A DNA stretch of 64,000 nt, from contig NC_092633.1 in assembly GCF_039555335.1 (NCBI RefSeq), forward strand, positions 21,228,334-21,292,333. Direction: 5' to 3'. Position numbers and translations under genes: made by a program. The notes beneath the pieces are model-generated. The model worked only from the letters and a program-made list of their open reading frames with translations. It searched no databases and was not told the DNA's origin. Below are positions 25,301 through 38,400 of the stretch, in pieces. Position 1 is the first letter of the stretch. Each line of letters opens with the position of its first letter. Origin of the DNA: Amphiura filiformis (taxonomy: Eukaryota).

Positions 25301-25579
25301 ATGGAGGGTCCAGATGACCAAGCAATGGTGGTGGTAAGCACCAAATCAGGTCTACAAAGTTTGTTGGACAGCTTAAATATGTTAAATGCAAGATCAAAAG
25401 AATATTACATGAAAATGCAAGTAAAGAAAACCAAAATGATCAAGAATTTAAACATCACCACAGATGGACGAAAAGTGAAACGGGTCAAGCAGTTCAACTA
25501 CCTGGGTAGTCTACTTGTAGAGGATGGGAGAACTCGGACAGAGATAAGGTCAAGGATTGACATTGCAAAGGTGGCGTAA
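25301..25579 (+). mobile_element. LINE RT C-terminal fragment
   Basis: '..KMQVKKTKMIKNLNITTDGRKVKRVKQFNYLGSLLVEDGRTRTEIRSRIDIAKVA' resembles the conserved RT thumb/tail (KTKVM..IEQV..FKYLG..G..EI..RI..A). Confidence 0.5.
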
Positions 25580-26689
25580 TTGCATTTAATTAAAAGAAAG
25601 TTCTGCCTCCGAGTTCTGCTTACCAAAAGTCTAAACAAGGACACTGCAGAGAGATGATGTGAGGATACTGTGGGTGTGGAGACAAAAAGACAAATGACGA
25701 AGTGTTGAATGCTGTGGGACAAGATATGTCAATTATTACAAGTTCACATATAAAGGACTTTCTGACTTATGAGAGACGTGATAGCACGGACGCGAAGCCA
25801 CCACGTGAAAGAAGAAAAGCGGGAATGCTTGATGATAGTCGGTCGTTTGTGCAGCTAAAGAGCTGAAGGCACAAGGCAGTGGAGAATGGTGTAGAATGGA
25901 AGCCGCGATCTGCGATTAAAGCGAAACAAGCACACAGCAAGCACTTACGGCCCATAATTCGCGAGAAATTACACGGCTTCATTGACTTGTGTGTACCACC
26001 GGCAATACGGGAGTTACTCGTGAAAACAGTCTGGCATTGAAATATGCTAACCAGTGTTTCCAAGAAGTAGTAGTAGTTGTGCGTGCAATCACGCACAACG
26101 GAGAGGAAACGGGGAATTTATGTCGCCCAAATACATCTTCAAACTCGCGTGTGTGGTAATAGCTAATAACATTGATTCCATTCATTCGCTTAACAATATT
26201 TCGATTGGTAATCATTCTAGGCAAATTGCTTCTACCGGGGGTGATTCTTCTCATAAGACCTTGGTCAATAGTCCTATTTTGGGTTTTTTTCATATCAAAA
26301 TCTCCAGAAGGTATGACCCCGGTGATGTCAAATGATAGAGAAGAAAGTACAGAATATTATAATGAAATTGTATTCCCCACCGGGGGTGACACTCCTCATC
26401 AGACCTCATGTCAGAAAGATGTAACATATTACAATATTCTCCCAAAGCTCTATGGTTCAGCTGTGGTCCGGTAACCGCTCTAGTTTTATGGCGCGTCCCT
26501 AAAAGTACGTCGTATAGGTCCTCCAATCTCGAAACAGAAACAATATTTACACAGCCGGGACGTTAGTGTCTTTTTTCTTACAGGATCTTCTTCTTTCTTC
26601 TTTCTTCTTCTTCTGCCGACCATTACATTTGCTCTAGCATTTACATGCATTCATTGATTTTGACCTAACTTGGTCACTATCATCACTGA

Positions 26690-27545
26690 CCAGGCCCCTA
26701 CATGTCACATGAATTTCGTGGGGTCAAAGGTCACGTAGGGGTCACAGGGGTCAAAAACGTGCTACTTCTCCCACAAATTTCGTAGGACAGTAACGCCACT
26801 TGCATACATGCATTGTTATTACCCAGTGTCTATAAATCATACACGGATTTGAGGTCAAAGGTCATTAAGGGGTCACTTCCGGTAAAAAAACCAAATTCCT
26901 TCAAATATTTTTATTAGCTAAGAAAAACATAGGAGAGTGACGGTTAAAGGTCATTAAGGGTTCACTTCCGGTATAAAACGAAATACCTTCAAAATGCTAC
27001 TTCTCCCACAAATTACATAGGACGGTGACGCAACTTGCACACATGCATTGCTATTACCCAGTGGCTATGAATCATACACAGATTTGAGGTCAAAGGTCAT
27101 TAAGGGGTCACTTCCGGTATAAAACCAAATTCTTTCAAAAAAATTTATAAGCTAAGAAAAACATAGGAGAATGACGGTATGTGCACACATGAATTATGTT
27201 TACCTTATGTATATATGGGTTTTTTTTGAGGTCAAAGGTCATTAAGGGGTCACTTCCGGTATAAAACGAAAACCTTCAACATTTTTTATTTGCTAAGAAA
27301 AACATAGGACAGTAACGGTATGTTCACACATGAATTGTGGTTACCCAATTCATATGTGGTACTTTTTTATTTGGGGTCAAATGTCATTAAGGGGTCACTT
27401 CCGGTCTGAGACGAAAAACCTCCAACATTCCCCTTCTGCCACAAGTAACATAGCAAAGTGGTGCCACGTGCACCCATGCATTGACATTAGCCAATGTCTA
27501 TGGGCGTTTTCATATATTTTGGGGTCAAAGGTCATATAGGGGTTA
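26690..27545. repeat. Satellite array (~140-bp units x~6) of the 'GGTCAAAGGTCATTAAGGGGTCACTTCCGGTATAAAAC' family
   Basis: Unit starts near 26850, 26945, 27090, 27230, 27375, 27515. Each unit contains an AGGTCAAAGGTCA-like direct repeat. Confidence 0.65.
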
Positions 27546-27779
27546 TAACACGGTTGTGTTCGTGGGTTAGACCACAGCTAAGTCTAGTTGTTACTTGTTC
27601 TAATAATATTTTTTACAGATTTGGCGTTACATATATGAGCAGCTACAATGGCTACAGTACGTTCACTATCAGTGATTGTAATAATCTATCTGAACATTTC
27701 TCTGTTGCAATTTACACGTGCTCAATTTTATTGTAAGTATTTTTTTGTTTCAAAAAATATTTGTATTTCCTACCCTTAC

Positions 27780-28200
27780 GAAAATGCAAGCAATGAAAAA
27801 TGTGTGCGGAAGCATGCAGCACGCGTGCGGCAGTGTGCAGCACACGTGCAGATGTGTGCAGCATGCAAGCAAGGCCTGCTGGTTGCGTGTTCATGTGTGC
27901 GAACCAGCTGTGTGCATGCAGGCACCACACACAAATATCCACCGCGCACACAATTTGCTTGCAGAACCTGCGTGCAGACTACCAATCTGTACGCAAATTA
28001 CGTGCAGACTACACTTGTGTGCGGACTGTAGGACTGCATGCAAATTGCACGCATCTTGCATGCAGCACGCATATTGCTGCATGCATGCAGGATTTCCAGA
28101 TCACAAAGTTAGAATGCTGCACGCATACAGGGTTTCCAGAAGCAGTAAAGGTAAAATGCTGCATGCATGCAGGATTTTCAATGACTAATTCACCTTTACA
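27780..28200. repeat. GCATGC/TGCAGCAC-rich minisatellite block, with a partner block at 29105-29350
   Basis: Iterated 'gcatgcagcacgcgtgcggcagtgtgcagcacacgtgcag..'. The overlapping Cys/His-rich ORFs on both strands are low-complexity artefacts. Confidence 0.5.
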
Positions 28201-28404
28201 CAACTGACATCAAGTCACAATTTGGCAATGATCTAGAAGTGAAAATATTTAAATGTTTACAATGAATAAATAAGTTAGCCTTCGGACCAAAATTTTCTAA
28301 GTATTTAACCTTCAGACCAAGATTTTTTGGCAGACCAAGAGGGGTGCAAGCAATTTTGGCAGGCCAACAGGGAGGGGGCAAGCATTTTTGGCAGGTCTAG
28401 AGGG

Positions 28405-28725
28405 AGGGCAAGCAAATTCTTGTTTCGATAGTTGGCATTTCAACTTTGGGCCAATGTTGGAATGCCATTCCTGTTTTGATAGTTGGCATTGAAACACTGG
28501 GCCAATGTTGGAATGCCATTCCTGTTTCGATAGTTGGCATTGCAACATTAGGCCGATGTTGGAATGTCATTCCTGTTTCGAAAGTTGATATTGCAACATT
28601 GGGCCAATGTTGGAATTCCATTCCTGTTTCAATAGTAGGCATTGCATCATTGGCCCAATGTTGGAATGCCATTTCTTTTCGATAGTTGGCATTGCAATAT
28701 TGGGCCAATGTTGGTATGCCATTCA
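28405..28725. repeat. Tandem array of ~57-bp units (x5.5), each unit a near-palindrome
   Basis: 'gatagttggcattgcaacattgggccaatgttggaatgccattcctgtttc'. The core 'gttggcattgcaacattgggccaatgttggaatgccat' is self-complementary. Confidence 0.65.
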
Positions 28726-28904
28726 TGAATCAACAGTTAATTGGCACTGCAAAAAATCAAAACAAAATTCAACATTTTTATAGTGAATGTTATCAATATT
28801 CACAGTAAATTTGATCAATATATTCATAAAATGATGCATTTGGCCGGTTTAGTCATCAAAATATTGCTTATATTAACTTAAAACACTTAATCAAATGTGT
28901 ATAC

Positions 28905-28985
28905 CCCAATAGCTCAAATGGTAAAGCATCAGACTCCCATGCAGAAGGTCCCAGGTTCAAAATCAGGTAGGTTAAGTTAGATAAG
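28905..28985 (+). mobile_element. tRNA-derived SINE-like head carrying Pol III box A and box B, not a functional tRNA
   Basis: 'atagctcaaatggtaaagcatcagactcccatgcagaaggtcccaggttcaaaatc' has box A-like 'tagctcaaatgg' and box B-like 'ggttcaaaatc', but the acceptor, anticodon and T stems do not pair. Confidence 0.3.
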
Positions 28986-29104
28986 TGACTTGTATAAAAT
29001 TAAGCTAGGCAATTTTGGTTCATTGTGAAATGGATAGCCAGGTTATGTAAGACTAATTGTAAGGACAGTATACACTGTTAACCATTATTTTGATTTTTTT
29101 TCAT

Positions 29105-29350
29105 GATTTTGTCTCGCATATATATGGCCAGTACGTGCTGCACGCATGCAGTGCACGCTAATGGATTTGCATGCTGCATGCAAACTGCACACGCTCATGA
29201 CCTGCACGCATGCAGCAAGCATCTGCACGCTTCCCTGCATGCGTGCCTCGTTCCAAATATACGCATCCGCACGCTACCAACTGCACGCGTGCTGCATGCG
29301 GTGCGGCACGCGTGCTGCTTGCATGCTGCATGCGTTCAAAAACTGCGTGC
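29105..29350. repeat. GCATGC/CTGCACGC-rich minisatellite block, partner of 27780-28200
   Basis: 'gtgctgcacgcatgcagtgcacgc..ctgcatgcgtgcc..'. Confidence 0.5.
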
Positions 29351-29409
29351 CATTTTCGTAAGGGTACATAAACATGATAAAAGATAGGCTAGTGTGTCAT
29401 GTATGTGCA

Positions 29410-29510
29410 AGTGGTCGTTTGTTTTTGTTTTTTGTTTTTTGGGTTTTTTTGTTTCTTATTTGTTTGTTGTTGTTGTTGTTTGTTTTTTTGTTGTTTTTGG
29501 TTTGTTTTTT
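29410..29510. repeat. GT-rich microsatellite (gtttt/gttg)n
   Basis: 'gtttgtttttgttttttgttttttgggtttttttgtttcttatttgtttgttgttgttgttgtttg'. Confidence 0.6.
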
Positions 29511-30810
29511 CTGATAACCGGGGACATTGGCCCGTTTTACACATTGTTTCGCAATATCCGTACAAAGAGCGACTGATCTCGAGAAATACAATGTTTAGTC
29601 TTGTCAAGCAGCAACAGCCGTAGCTCGAAACTTAGTATCGGAATCGTTTATCATCCACCAGTTCCAAACTTATCCTTTCCAAAATTGTCATCAACACATA
29701 TTGTAGTATACCTACTAATTACATTAATTCCAGGAATTTACAATAATTGACCTTGGTCCTGTTAATAGGTTTTTTGACGGCGGAATACGCTGAACCTGAC
29801 CCTTTTTAAAATATACTTCACATTTAAAACAAACCGCGGTAACGTAAATGATGGTTACGAAATGATAGCACCAAAATGTTTGAGCCATGTTGTAACATTT
29901 CATTATAAATCGATTTGTATTTCTTTTCCACAGAGGGTTAGTTTTTACTGTCAAATATGTCCATTTTCAATTTTGACCCTATGTAGCTAGGAAGTGGTCG
30001 GGTCAACCAATTCATCTCAATCCAAGTATATGTGCTTCAGGAATGCGAGTCGATTTGGACGATTGTCATTGAGTTATCATCAATTCCATAGAGACTGTGT
30101 AAATACAAGCTTATTGTCCGACATTCAACAATAGAATAATCAGTTTTGCCTGGATATTTTGAAAGACAACTCATACAGCTGAATTAGTTACATCGCTGAG
30201 CTAACTATAGCGATTAGTTTTTAGCCAATGAGATACCAATACCAATCGCTTAACTCGCGCGGAGTTATTTTGTGACCCTCGGCAGCTGGCGGAGCATTTA
30301 TAGACCGGTTCGTTTCACTGCCTGTACAAAATAATTATTTACTTGGTGTAGACGATGTGTGGTGGATGATAAACAGTGCGTAAGGTCTTTGCAAACTATT
30401 TAACCATGGTAACCTGACTTTCATGTTATAGAGTTATTGCATCATGTATTATTATAATACCTCGTACAGAGGAGGCTCAAATACATCCTCAATGCACTAT
30501 GATTGGGAAATGTGATCAACATAATCTAATTTTAAAGGCAATGGTAATTTTAAAATTGCAGCCAATTTTTTATAGAAAACATTCATATTGTCCCACTGCA
30601 TTATTTTTTATTCATAAGTCTCAATGTTATGAATGTTGAATAAAAGAATGAAAACACCAGATATTTGCACACAATCCCAATGCAAGGTATGGTCAACTGT
30701 GCCACGAGTGTACAAAAGGCAGACATACCAAGGTCAGAAACCCCGTTGGGTTATGGGAATGTATTTAAACATCATCTGATTATAATAGTTCCCGCTGTCT
30801 TTAATTCCAG

Positions 30811-30981
30811 CAAACATTGCTAACGTTCCACAGGAATGGATAGACTACTTTGGTTATTCTTATATTGAAAGATTAATTGAATATTATCACGGTGGGAATA
30901 ATGGCGGTGGGAATAATGGCGGCAGCAGTTATGACGGCGGCAACGATTTTTACTATTATTATCAAGATTACTACTACGATG
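30811..30981 (+). CDS. Candidate phase 1-1 exon encoding a Gly/Tyr/Asn-rich low-complexity segment; speculative, possibly upstream exon of the kringle gene
   Basis: Acceptor 'ctttaattccag|ca' and donor 'gatg|gtaagtat'. Open frame 'NIANVPQEWIDYFGYSYIERLIEYYHGGNNGGGNNGGSSYDGGNDFYYYYQDYYYD'. Confidence 0.3.
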
Positions 30982-32769
30982 GTAAGTATACTTATTTGTG
31001 TAACTAGGAAAGAAGAGGCCGCTTGTCTAAAGCTTGATTTAATATAAGTGGTGGATGTAGAAAATGTACATAATTATCGCGAAGCGGCAATCGCGACGAT
31101 CTTCTGGGGGGATGAGGGGGGATGTAGAAGTGAGAAACTTTTGCAAAACGAAGGCTCAATTGAAGCCATAAGTGGGCCATTTTGGTATTATTATTGTGTA
31201 CAATTTTAGTTTGAAAAAGCCGAAAATTTGTTAAATAAAAGCCGTAAATTATTGCTCTTAGACATTAAGCGTAGGGTGACTTGCATGTACACGTTGGAGG
31301 CGTCTGAGGGGATGTTCCCCCTGAGAAGTGAGACTACTTTTGCCCAAGTTGGCCCAATGTTGTAGGCCCCACGTTGGAAAAAAACAGTGCAAATTTTAAT
31401 CTTTACTGCTCTGGGTAAAGATTAAAATGTGTTCATCCTATCAACCCAGAGAACTAAGTATATAATTCTCATCGGATGTGACTTTATATACAGTTCTGAT
31501 GCCTTCCGATAGGAATGCGACGGGCATATCATTGGATCCTGACACCTGTAGATTAAGATCTTCCGCTCTTCTCCAATGTGCCTCTGTGGTTTATTTGGTT
31601 AGAGCGTCGTGCTAGTAATACGAAGGTCGCCGCGGCGGTTCAAATCCGGCCAGATGCACTGGTTGTTTTATTAACGTCTATGTGCGCTGGCTGCTCTGCA
31701 CAGCCCTGCACTTCTAAGATTGCCTTGATAAGAGTTCGAAGCCCTGTCATTAACAGAGGGCAGTAAACCCGAGGTAAAGAATATCCCATATCGCGCTTAT
31801 GAGCTGGTCAGTAACCATAGAAAAAGCTCGTTTCCGGCAAAATTTGACAAGTAACTTGCACACAATTCTAGTTACAGTTACTATAAGGTCGTGCGATGTA
31901 TACAAACCGTTTTTAGCCATTTCTTTCTTTATGTAGCAATTATTATTTATCATGAATATTATTGTCATACTGATGACATCATAGTTACAAGCATTTTGTT
32001 CATTTTTTCATTTTTAAATTTTAACACATTTAACGCTTTAACGTTTCCTTGCCAAGATTCTAGCATCAGACCATTCGCTTTCTCAAGATACAGCTTTTAT
32101 AAGTGCTATAGGTCACTTCTGTATAATTCTCATAATTTGTATTATGTATTAAAATAGCGATGCACGTTCTTGTTGAGTTTTTGATAGTTTTTCAAGTCCG
32201 ATTTTAACGATAAAACATTATTCCCTACAGAAAAACGAAATAGCAAAACATACAACAGTTTGTAATATTCTTGACCATCTATGTTTGGATTGTGATGTAA
32301 TTAACGTATGTAATGAGATTCCCTCTTTCTGAATCTGACTTGTAAAATATCATTTTTCATCACAATTTTATACATTGGTCAGTGGAGTGAGCCAGGGGAT
32401 TCCAAGTGTGTATTTATTGATTGCCAAGTGACATATTTGGGCATAAGTGCAGCCAATTATTCAATGTGGAGGATGGACTAGACTTTATCGATTGATTTTG
32501 CTGGAGTAATTTCCTGTAAACCAGGTTTAAGTATTGCAAAGGTCGAATCATGTTTGCTGTGCAGCATAACTGCACTATGCTCTCGATGGAAATTGCCTGA
32601 CATCAAGAGTAATATATCAAACGACAGTCATAAGAGTAGACAAAGCAGCCTTAAAGAAGAAACCTATATTGGGCTAACTGAGAGCCAATTTAAAACTGTA
32701 TTATTTCATAATAGTCCATTTAACAGTAGTTTGGCGGCCATTTTGAAAAACGTCCCCTGCCGGTCTATT

Positions 32770-33110
32770 CGTGACGTAATAATCGGATTAACTGCCATAG
32801 CAATAGATGAATAGAATGTTTGAATATATCGCCCTGCACTACAACGTTTACGCGGTACCTATGCATTGAACCATATCATGCTGATCACTCGCACCTGTCA
32901 GATTAGTATCTTTGAAAAGAGCAATATTGTATTCAATCTATGATTGCAGACATACACAGGTGATGAATGCATCCTGCTTGTAGTGCAGGGCGATATAGTC
33001 AAAATTGTATTCATCTATTGCTATGGTAGTTAATCCGATTCATTGCGTTACTTCTACAGCGAATGCGCTGGCGAAGTGATGTAATAATCGGATTAACTAC
33101 CATAGCACGT
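32770..33110. repeat. Foldback inverted repeat
   Basis: 'gtaataatcggattaactgccatagcaatagatgaatag' (32775) versus 'ctattgctatggtagttaatccgatt' (33010) and 'gtaataatcggattaactaccatagc' (33085). Confidence 0.4.
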
Positions 33111-34430
33111 TACTTGGAGATATTGGAGTGAAGAGATAATTCATTCCTAGCTAATAATAAGCCGACAAGTGCCTCATTTGGATAAGTTGTACACACCTGT
33201 ACATTACGCGTGTGACAGGAGACATGATACTTGTAGATCATGATCATATAGGCCTAGAAATATATTGTTTCTTTTGATCAATACATGAACACATTTTCAT
33301 TATAGGGAAAGGCCCCAGGACTGCGTTAGCATGACCATTCACGTTGTTGTACTATCTAGTGAGTTCTTTCCAGCTGGACTATGGAAATTGGGCTATTATG
33401 GCGTAGGGAAGAGTGTTTTAAATCCGAAGATATTGCACCTTTGTTTCAGATGGACATTTTATTGTGAAAGGACCTATATGTCTTTGCACAAACAATACAA
33501 TAAAAAAATCCATATAGCTCCCAAATGAAAAGTATTTATGCCTAATTATCTTTGTAATCACTCAAAAAGCATTCTGTGTGAATTTTACATCCGAACTAAA
33601 GTGCTGTTCAATTTTTATAGGCCTTTTTTATTTTACATGTAAAGTCTATGGTGACGATTAGAAATGGACGGCAATATTTAGACACTAAAATGGCCATACA
33701 AAAAGAAAAGCAACTTTAGTTCGGATGTAAAATTCACACACAATGCTACCTGAGTGAGTAAAAACATAATTAAATACATATCATTCGGGGCTATAGCAAA
33801 AAACAAAAAATGTCTTACACCTTAATGGTTATGGAACAAAGGTGATTGGGAGGTCGATTGTTGATTCGCCACGCCTTTGTGGCATGCTTTATATAAGGCA
33901 TCGGCAATGGGTTCAATTCAGGTTTCATTGCGAGATCAGACGTGGCGGGGTCGCATTCAATTACTACAACTCCTGCACAAGAATTTTTATTTCAGCACAG
34001 ACAACAGTTGTGGAGTTACAGTCAAAAATTAGGGAAAACCAATATTTGATCAATAAATCAATAACTACTTACCTTGAGTTGCTGAATTTCCAGTGCAGTA
34101 GTTGTAGTCCTTGCTCCTATAATATACATATCTTACTTGTCACCAATTCATCAGTTATGATTTTTGAGAAAAATGTCAAAATAGGCACAAAATTGGGCAG
34201 GGGTGTAGTACCCCCTTAACCTTATATACCAAGTATAGACTACATAGGAAAACAGTAATTTCTGCATGAATTCCTAAATCAATTATGAGTCCTATGGTTT
34301 ATACGTACATGTAGGTTCAGTACCCCCTTAAGTAATCATTTTGTCATATTTAAAAAAATATCCGAGGAAACCGCTCGTTTCTGGGATTTTGAACAGGAAA
34401 CTAAATGTTGGCCAATCCCGGTGGGCACAG

Positions 34431-37400
34431 GTTATGATTTTGGTATCAACGTCGGTGTGTCCGCTGGGTTTACTTTGTTGGTAATTTTCCCAATTTCCCG
34501 AAATCACATTATTATGTCATAACGACGTCATATGGGGATGTTTCTCTTCGTCTTTCCTTGTTTATATTAGGCTGGTGGGTAAGCATAATTAATTTATCTC
34601 GTACACTGGTGTGTTATGTGTTGTTTGTACTACTCATATCCATAAATACCAGACTTGAGCCTTGTTTGTCTTGAGCAGTCTATGTAGCTAAATGATTAGC
34701 GAATGTGTCCAAATTTGCTCGCACATTTTGATGCAACTTGTGTTTGCACTTGTACCTCTTTTGGTAATTGTCCAAATTGCAGGCAAATGTAGCTTAACCT
34801 ACATTTTCCCCCTCTAATTTATTTTTCCCTTCCCGTCTTTATTCGGATATGGTGAGACGGTCTTAGAAGTGCTTGGCTCCTGTTCGCTCCAGCCTTTCAC
34901 CATTTTGCAATTCCGACTACCAATGTTGTCAAAATTCCACTTCTCTTTAAAGATAGAACATGTAGAAAGGGTTCCAAATTCCAAACCAATTGTTCGTAAA
35001 TATGTACAAAAATGGGAAGAAAAGCTTAAAGCTACATTTGATCCTTCTAGATGGCCTGTTATTTTTAATACACCCTTCAAATGTACAATAAGTACTAAAC
35101 TCAGGTTCAGAATAATTCACAGAATCCTTGGTATAAACGCATTTTTATTCAAAATTGGGATAAAAGATTCCAGTCTGTGTACATTCTGTCTGGAAGAGAG
35201 TGAAACTTTGATTCATATGTTTTGCCATTGTCATGTGGTTAACAAATTTTGAGATGATGTGAAAAAGTGGATCGAGAACAAAGTTAATATAAATCTCTCT
35301 TGGAAAAATATTAATTTGCTTTTTGGCGTTAGTCCTAACTATATTGTTTTGGATTTGATTTTAATTTTATGCAGATTTCATATAAAATGAAAATGAAAGA
35401 AAACAACCCTTCAATCCACATTTTCAAGAAAGAACTGCAAAATCATTATAAATTAGAAAAACATATTTACATATGTAATAATAGTATTGGTTTATTTTAT
35501 CAAAGATGGGATATTTTCCAATTCACTTTGTAGAGAATAAGATCTAGGCCCTGAAACAGACGGAGAGGTTTCTATATGGGGGTGTGTAGGGATAAAACCT
35601 CGTAATGTGAGGTTATGTACTCATTGTACTTGTAGAGCGTTGTGTGAGAGTTTCTCTGTGTATATAAAATTATATTTCATAATGTGTATCATGTTTATCA
35701 TTGTGTATCACGTGTATAATTAATGATTACCTCTGTTTAAACTTAAACTTGAATAAATGGGTTTTTTTTCTGAAAAAAGGGGACATTTTTTTGGTCAAAA
35801 TCAACTCGCGAATGTACCATGTATGGATGATTTTGCAAGCCACATAGAAATATCGATTAGTTCTGCTGGGTATATTAGAAATGAAGTACTAAGTTGGACA
35901 TTTTGGCAGTCGCAAGTGAAAAAAAGGTGAAATATTCGGATATTCTGACAAAACTATAATACTATAAACTATAAACCCACACGATGTGCCTTACAGAGGT
36001 TGGAAATATCTTTCTTTAGCAAACTATATTATATAGTTTGAAACGCTAAAAAATGAATTCCAAAAAAAGCTCGCGGCCGAAGCTAAGGCCTATTAAAAAT
36101 GAAAAATCTTACACTAAAAGACACAATTTCATGCCTAGTGTGTCCGCTGGGTTTACTTTGTTGGTAATTTTCCCAATTTCCCGAAATCACATTATTATGT
36201 CATAACGACGTCATATGGGGATGTTTCTCTTCGTCTTTCCTTGTTTATATTAGGCTGGTGGGTAAGCATCATTAATTTATCTCGTACACTGGTGTGTTAT
36301 GTGTTGTTTGTACTACTCATATCCATAAATACCAGACTTGAGCCTTGTTTGTCTTGAGCAGTCTATGTAGCTAAATGATTAGCGAATTTGTCCAAATTTG
36401 CTCGCACATTTTGATGCAACTTGTGTTTGCACTTGTACCTCTTTTGGTAATTGTCCAAATTGCAGGCAAATGTAGCTTAACCTACATTTTCCCCCTCTAA
36501 TTTATTTTTCCATTCCCGTCTTTATTCGGATATGGTGAGACGGTCTTAGAAGTGCTTGGCTCCTGTTCGCTCCAGCCTTTCACCATTTTGCAATTCCGAC
36601 TACCAATGTTGTCAAAATTCCACTTCTCTTTAAAGATAGAACATGTAGAAAGGGTTCCAAATTCCAAACCAATTGTTCGTAAATATGTACAAAAATGGGA
36701 AGAAAAGCTTGAAGCTACATTTGATCCTTCTAGATGGCCTGTTATTTTTAATACACCCTTCAAATGTACAATAAGTACTAAACTCAGGTTCAGAATAATT
36801 CACAGAATCCTTGGTATAAACGCATTTTTATTCAAAATTGGGATAAAAGATTCCAGTCTGTGTACATTCTGTCTGGAAGAGAGTGAAACTTTGATTCATA
36901 TGTTTTGCCATTGTCATGTGGTTAACAAATTTTGAGATGATGTGAAAAAGTGGATCGAGAACAAAGTTAATATAAATCTCTCTTGGAAAAATATTAATTT
37001 GCTTTTTGGCGTTAGTCCTAACTATATTGTTTTGGATTTGATTTTAATTTTATGCAGATTTCATATAAAATGAAAATGAAAGAAAACAACCCTTCAATCC
37101 ACATTTTCAAGAAAGAACTGCAAAATCATTATAAATTAGAAAAACATATTTACATATGTAATAATAGTATTGGTTTATTTTATCAAAGATGGGATATTTT
37201 CCAATTCACTTTGTAGAGAATAAGATCTAGGCCCTGAAACAGACGGAGAGGTTTCTATATGGGGTGTGTAGGATAAAACCTCGTAATGTGAGGTTATGTA
37301 CTCATTGTACTTGTAGAGCGTTGTGTGAGAGTTTCTCTGTGTATATAAAATTATATTTCATAATGTGTATCATGTTTATCATTGTGTATCACGTGTATAA

Positions 37401-38100
37401 TTAATGATTACCTCTGTTTAAACTTAAACTTGAATAAATGGGTTTTTTCCTCTGAAAAAAGGGGACTTTTTTTGGTCAAAATCAACTCGCGAATGTACCA
37501 TGTATGGATGATTTTGCAAGCCACATAGAAATATCGATTAGTTCTGCTGGGTATATTAGAAATGAAGTACTAAGTTGGACATTTTGGCAGTCGCAAGTGA
37601 AAAAAAGGTGAAATATTCGGATATTCTGACAAAACTATAATACTATAAACTATAAACCCACACGATGTGCCTTACAGAGGTTGGAAATATCTTTCTTTAG
37701 CAAACTATATTATATAGTTTGAAACGCTAAAAAATGAATTCCAAAAAAGCTCGCGGCCGAAGCTAAGGCCTATTAAAAATGAAAAATCTTACACTAAAAG
37801 ACACAATTTCATGCCTAGTGTGTCCGCTGGGTTTACTTTGTTGGTAATTTTCCCAATTTCCCGAAATCACATTATTATGTCATAACGACGTCATATGGGG
37901 ATGTTTCTCTTCGTCTTTCCTTGTTTATATTAGGCTGGTGGGTAAGCATCATTAATTTATCTCGTACACTGGTGTGTTATGTGTTGTTTGTACTACTCAT
38001 ATCCATAAATACCAGACTTGAGCCTTGTTTGTCTTGAGCAGTCTATGTAGCTAAATGATTAGCGAATTTGTCCAAATTTGCTCGCACATTTTGATGCAAC
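34431..38100 (+). repeat. Tandem array (2.2 copies) of a ~1.69-kb unit, each unit a 5'-truncated L1/Tx1-like LINE tail (ORF2 C-terminus plus 3' UTR)
   Basis: Unit starts 'gtgtccgctgggtttactttgttggtaattttcccaatttcccgaaatcac' at 34431, 36137 and 37822. The third copy stops 22 bp before kringle exon 1. Confidence 0.65.
34869..35252 (+). mobile_element. LINE ORF2 C-terminal fragment with CCHC-like tail, copy 1 (identical copy at 36552-36935)
   Basis: '..KCTISTKLRFRIIHRILGINAFLFKIGIKDSSLCTFCLEESETLIHMFCHCHVV' resembles the conserved tail of L1/Tx1-clade ORF2 proteins. Confidence 0.55.
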
Positions 38101-38121
38101 ATTGATGTTTCTTTACCTTAG

Positions 38122-38400
38122 GACTGTTTAAAGCAGACTTCGAGTGCTTCCTTAGCCCTGCTGGTATTGATTATCGTGGTACCAAGTCGACGGACATTGA
38201 CGGTGCAGAATGCCTAATATGGGATGAAACGTCGCCACAATTTAATTCACTCAATTTTCCTAAAGCCGGGATTGGCTTTCACAACTATTGCCGCAATCCG
38301 GATCAAGACCCTACTGGACCGTGGTGCCTCGCAGCAAATGAAGATGGATACCAATATTGCGATATTGGTACCCCGACTGAGACTTTTTGCGACTGGTTAG
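38122..38400 (+). CDS. Kringle domain exon (complete kringle on one phase 1-1 exon)
   Basis: Acceptor 'ctttaccttag|ga' and donor 'gactggttag|gtaagatc'. Encodes 'ECFLSPAGIDYRGTKSTDIDGAECLIWDETSPQFNSLNFPKAGIGFHNYCRNPDQDPTGPWCLAANEDGYQYCDIGTPTETFCDW' with 6 Cys, DYRG, NYCRNPD, PWC and YCDI. Confidence 0.8.

Noticed and set aside
27648-28207. Cluster of Cys/His-rich overlapping ORFs on both strands (also 29103-29387)
   Set aside because: Produced by GCATGC/TGCAGCAC minisatellite composition. All frames are open simultaneously, which indicates low complexity, not coding.
28905-28985. Possible tRNA gene
   Set aside because: It has box A/box B-like motifs, but the acceptor, anticodon and T stems do not base-pair. 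Better explained as a tRNA-derived SINE head.
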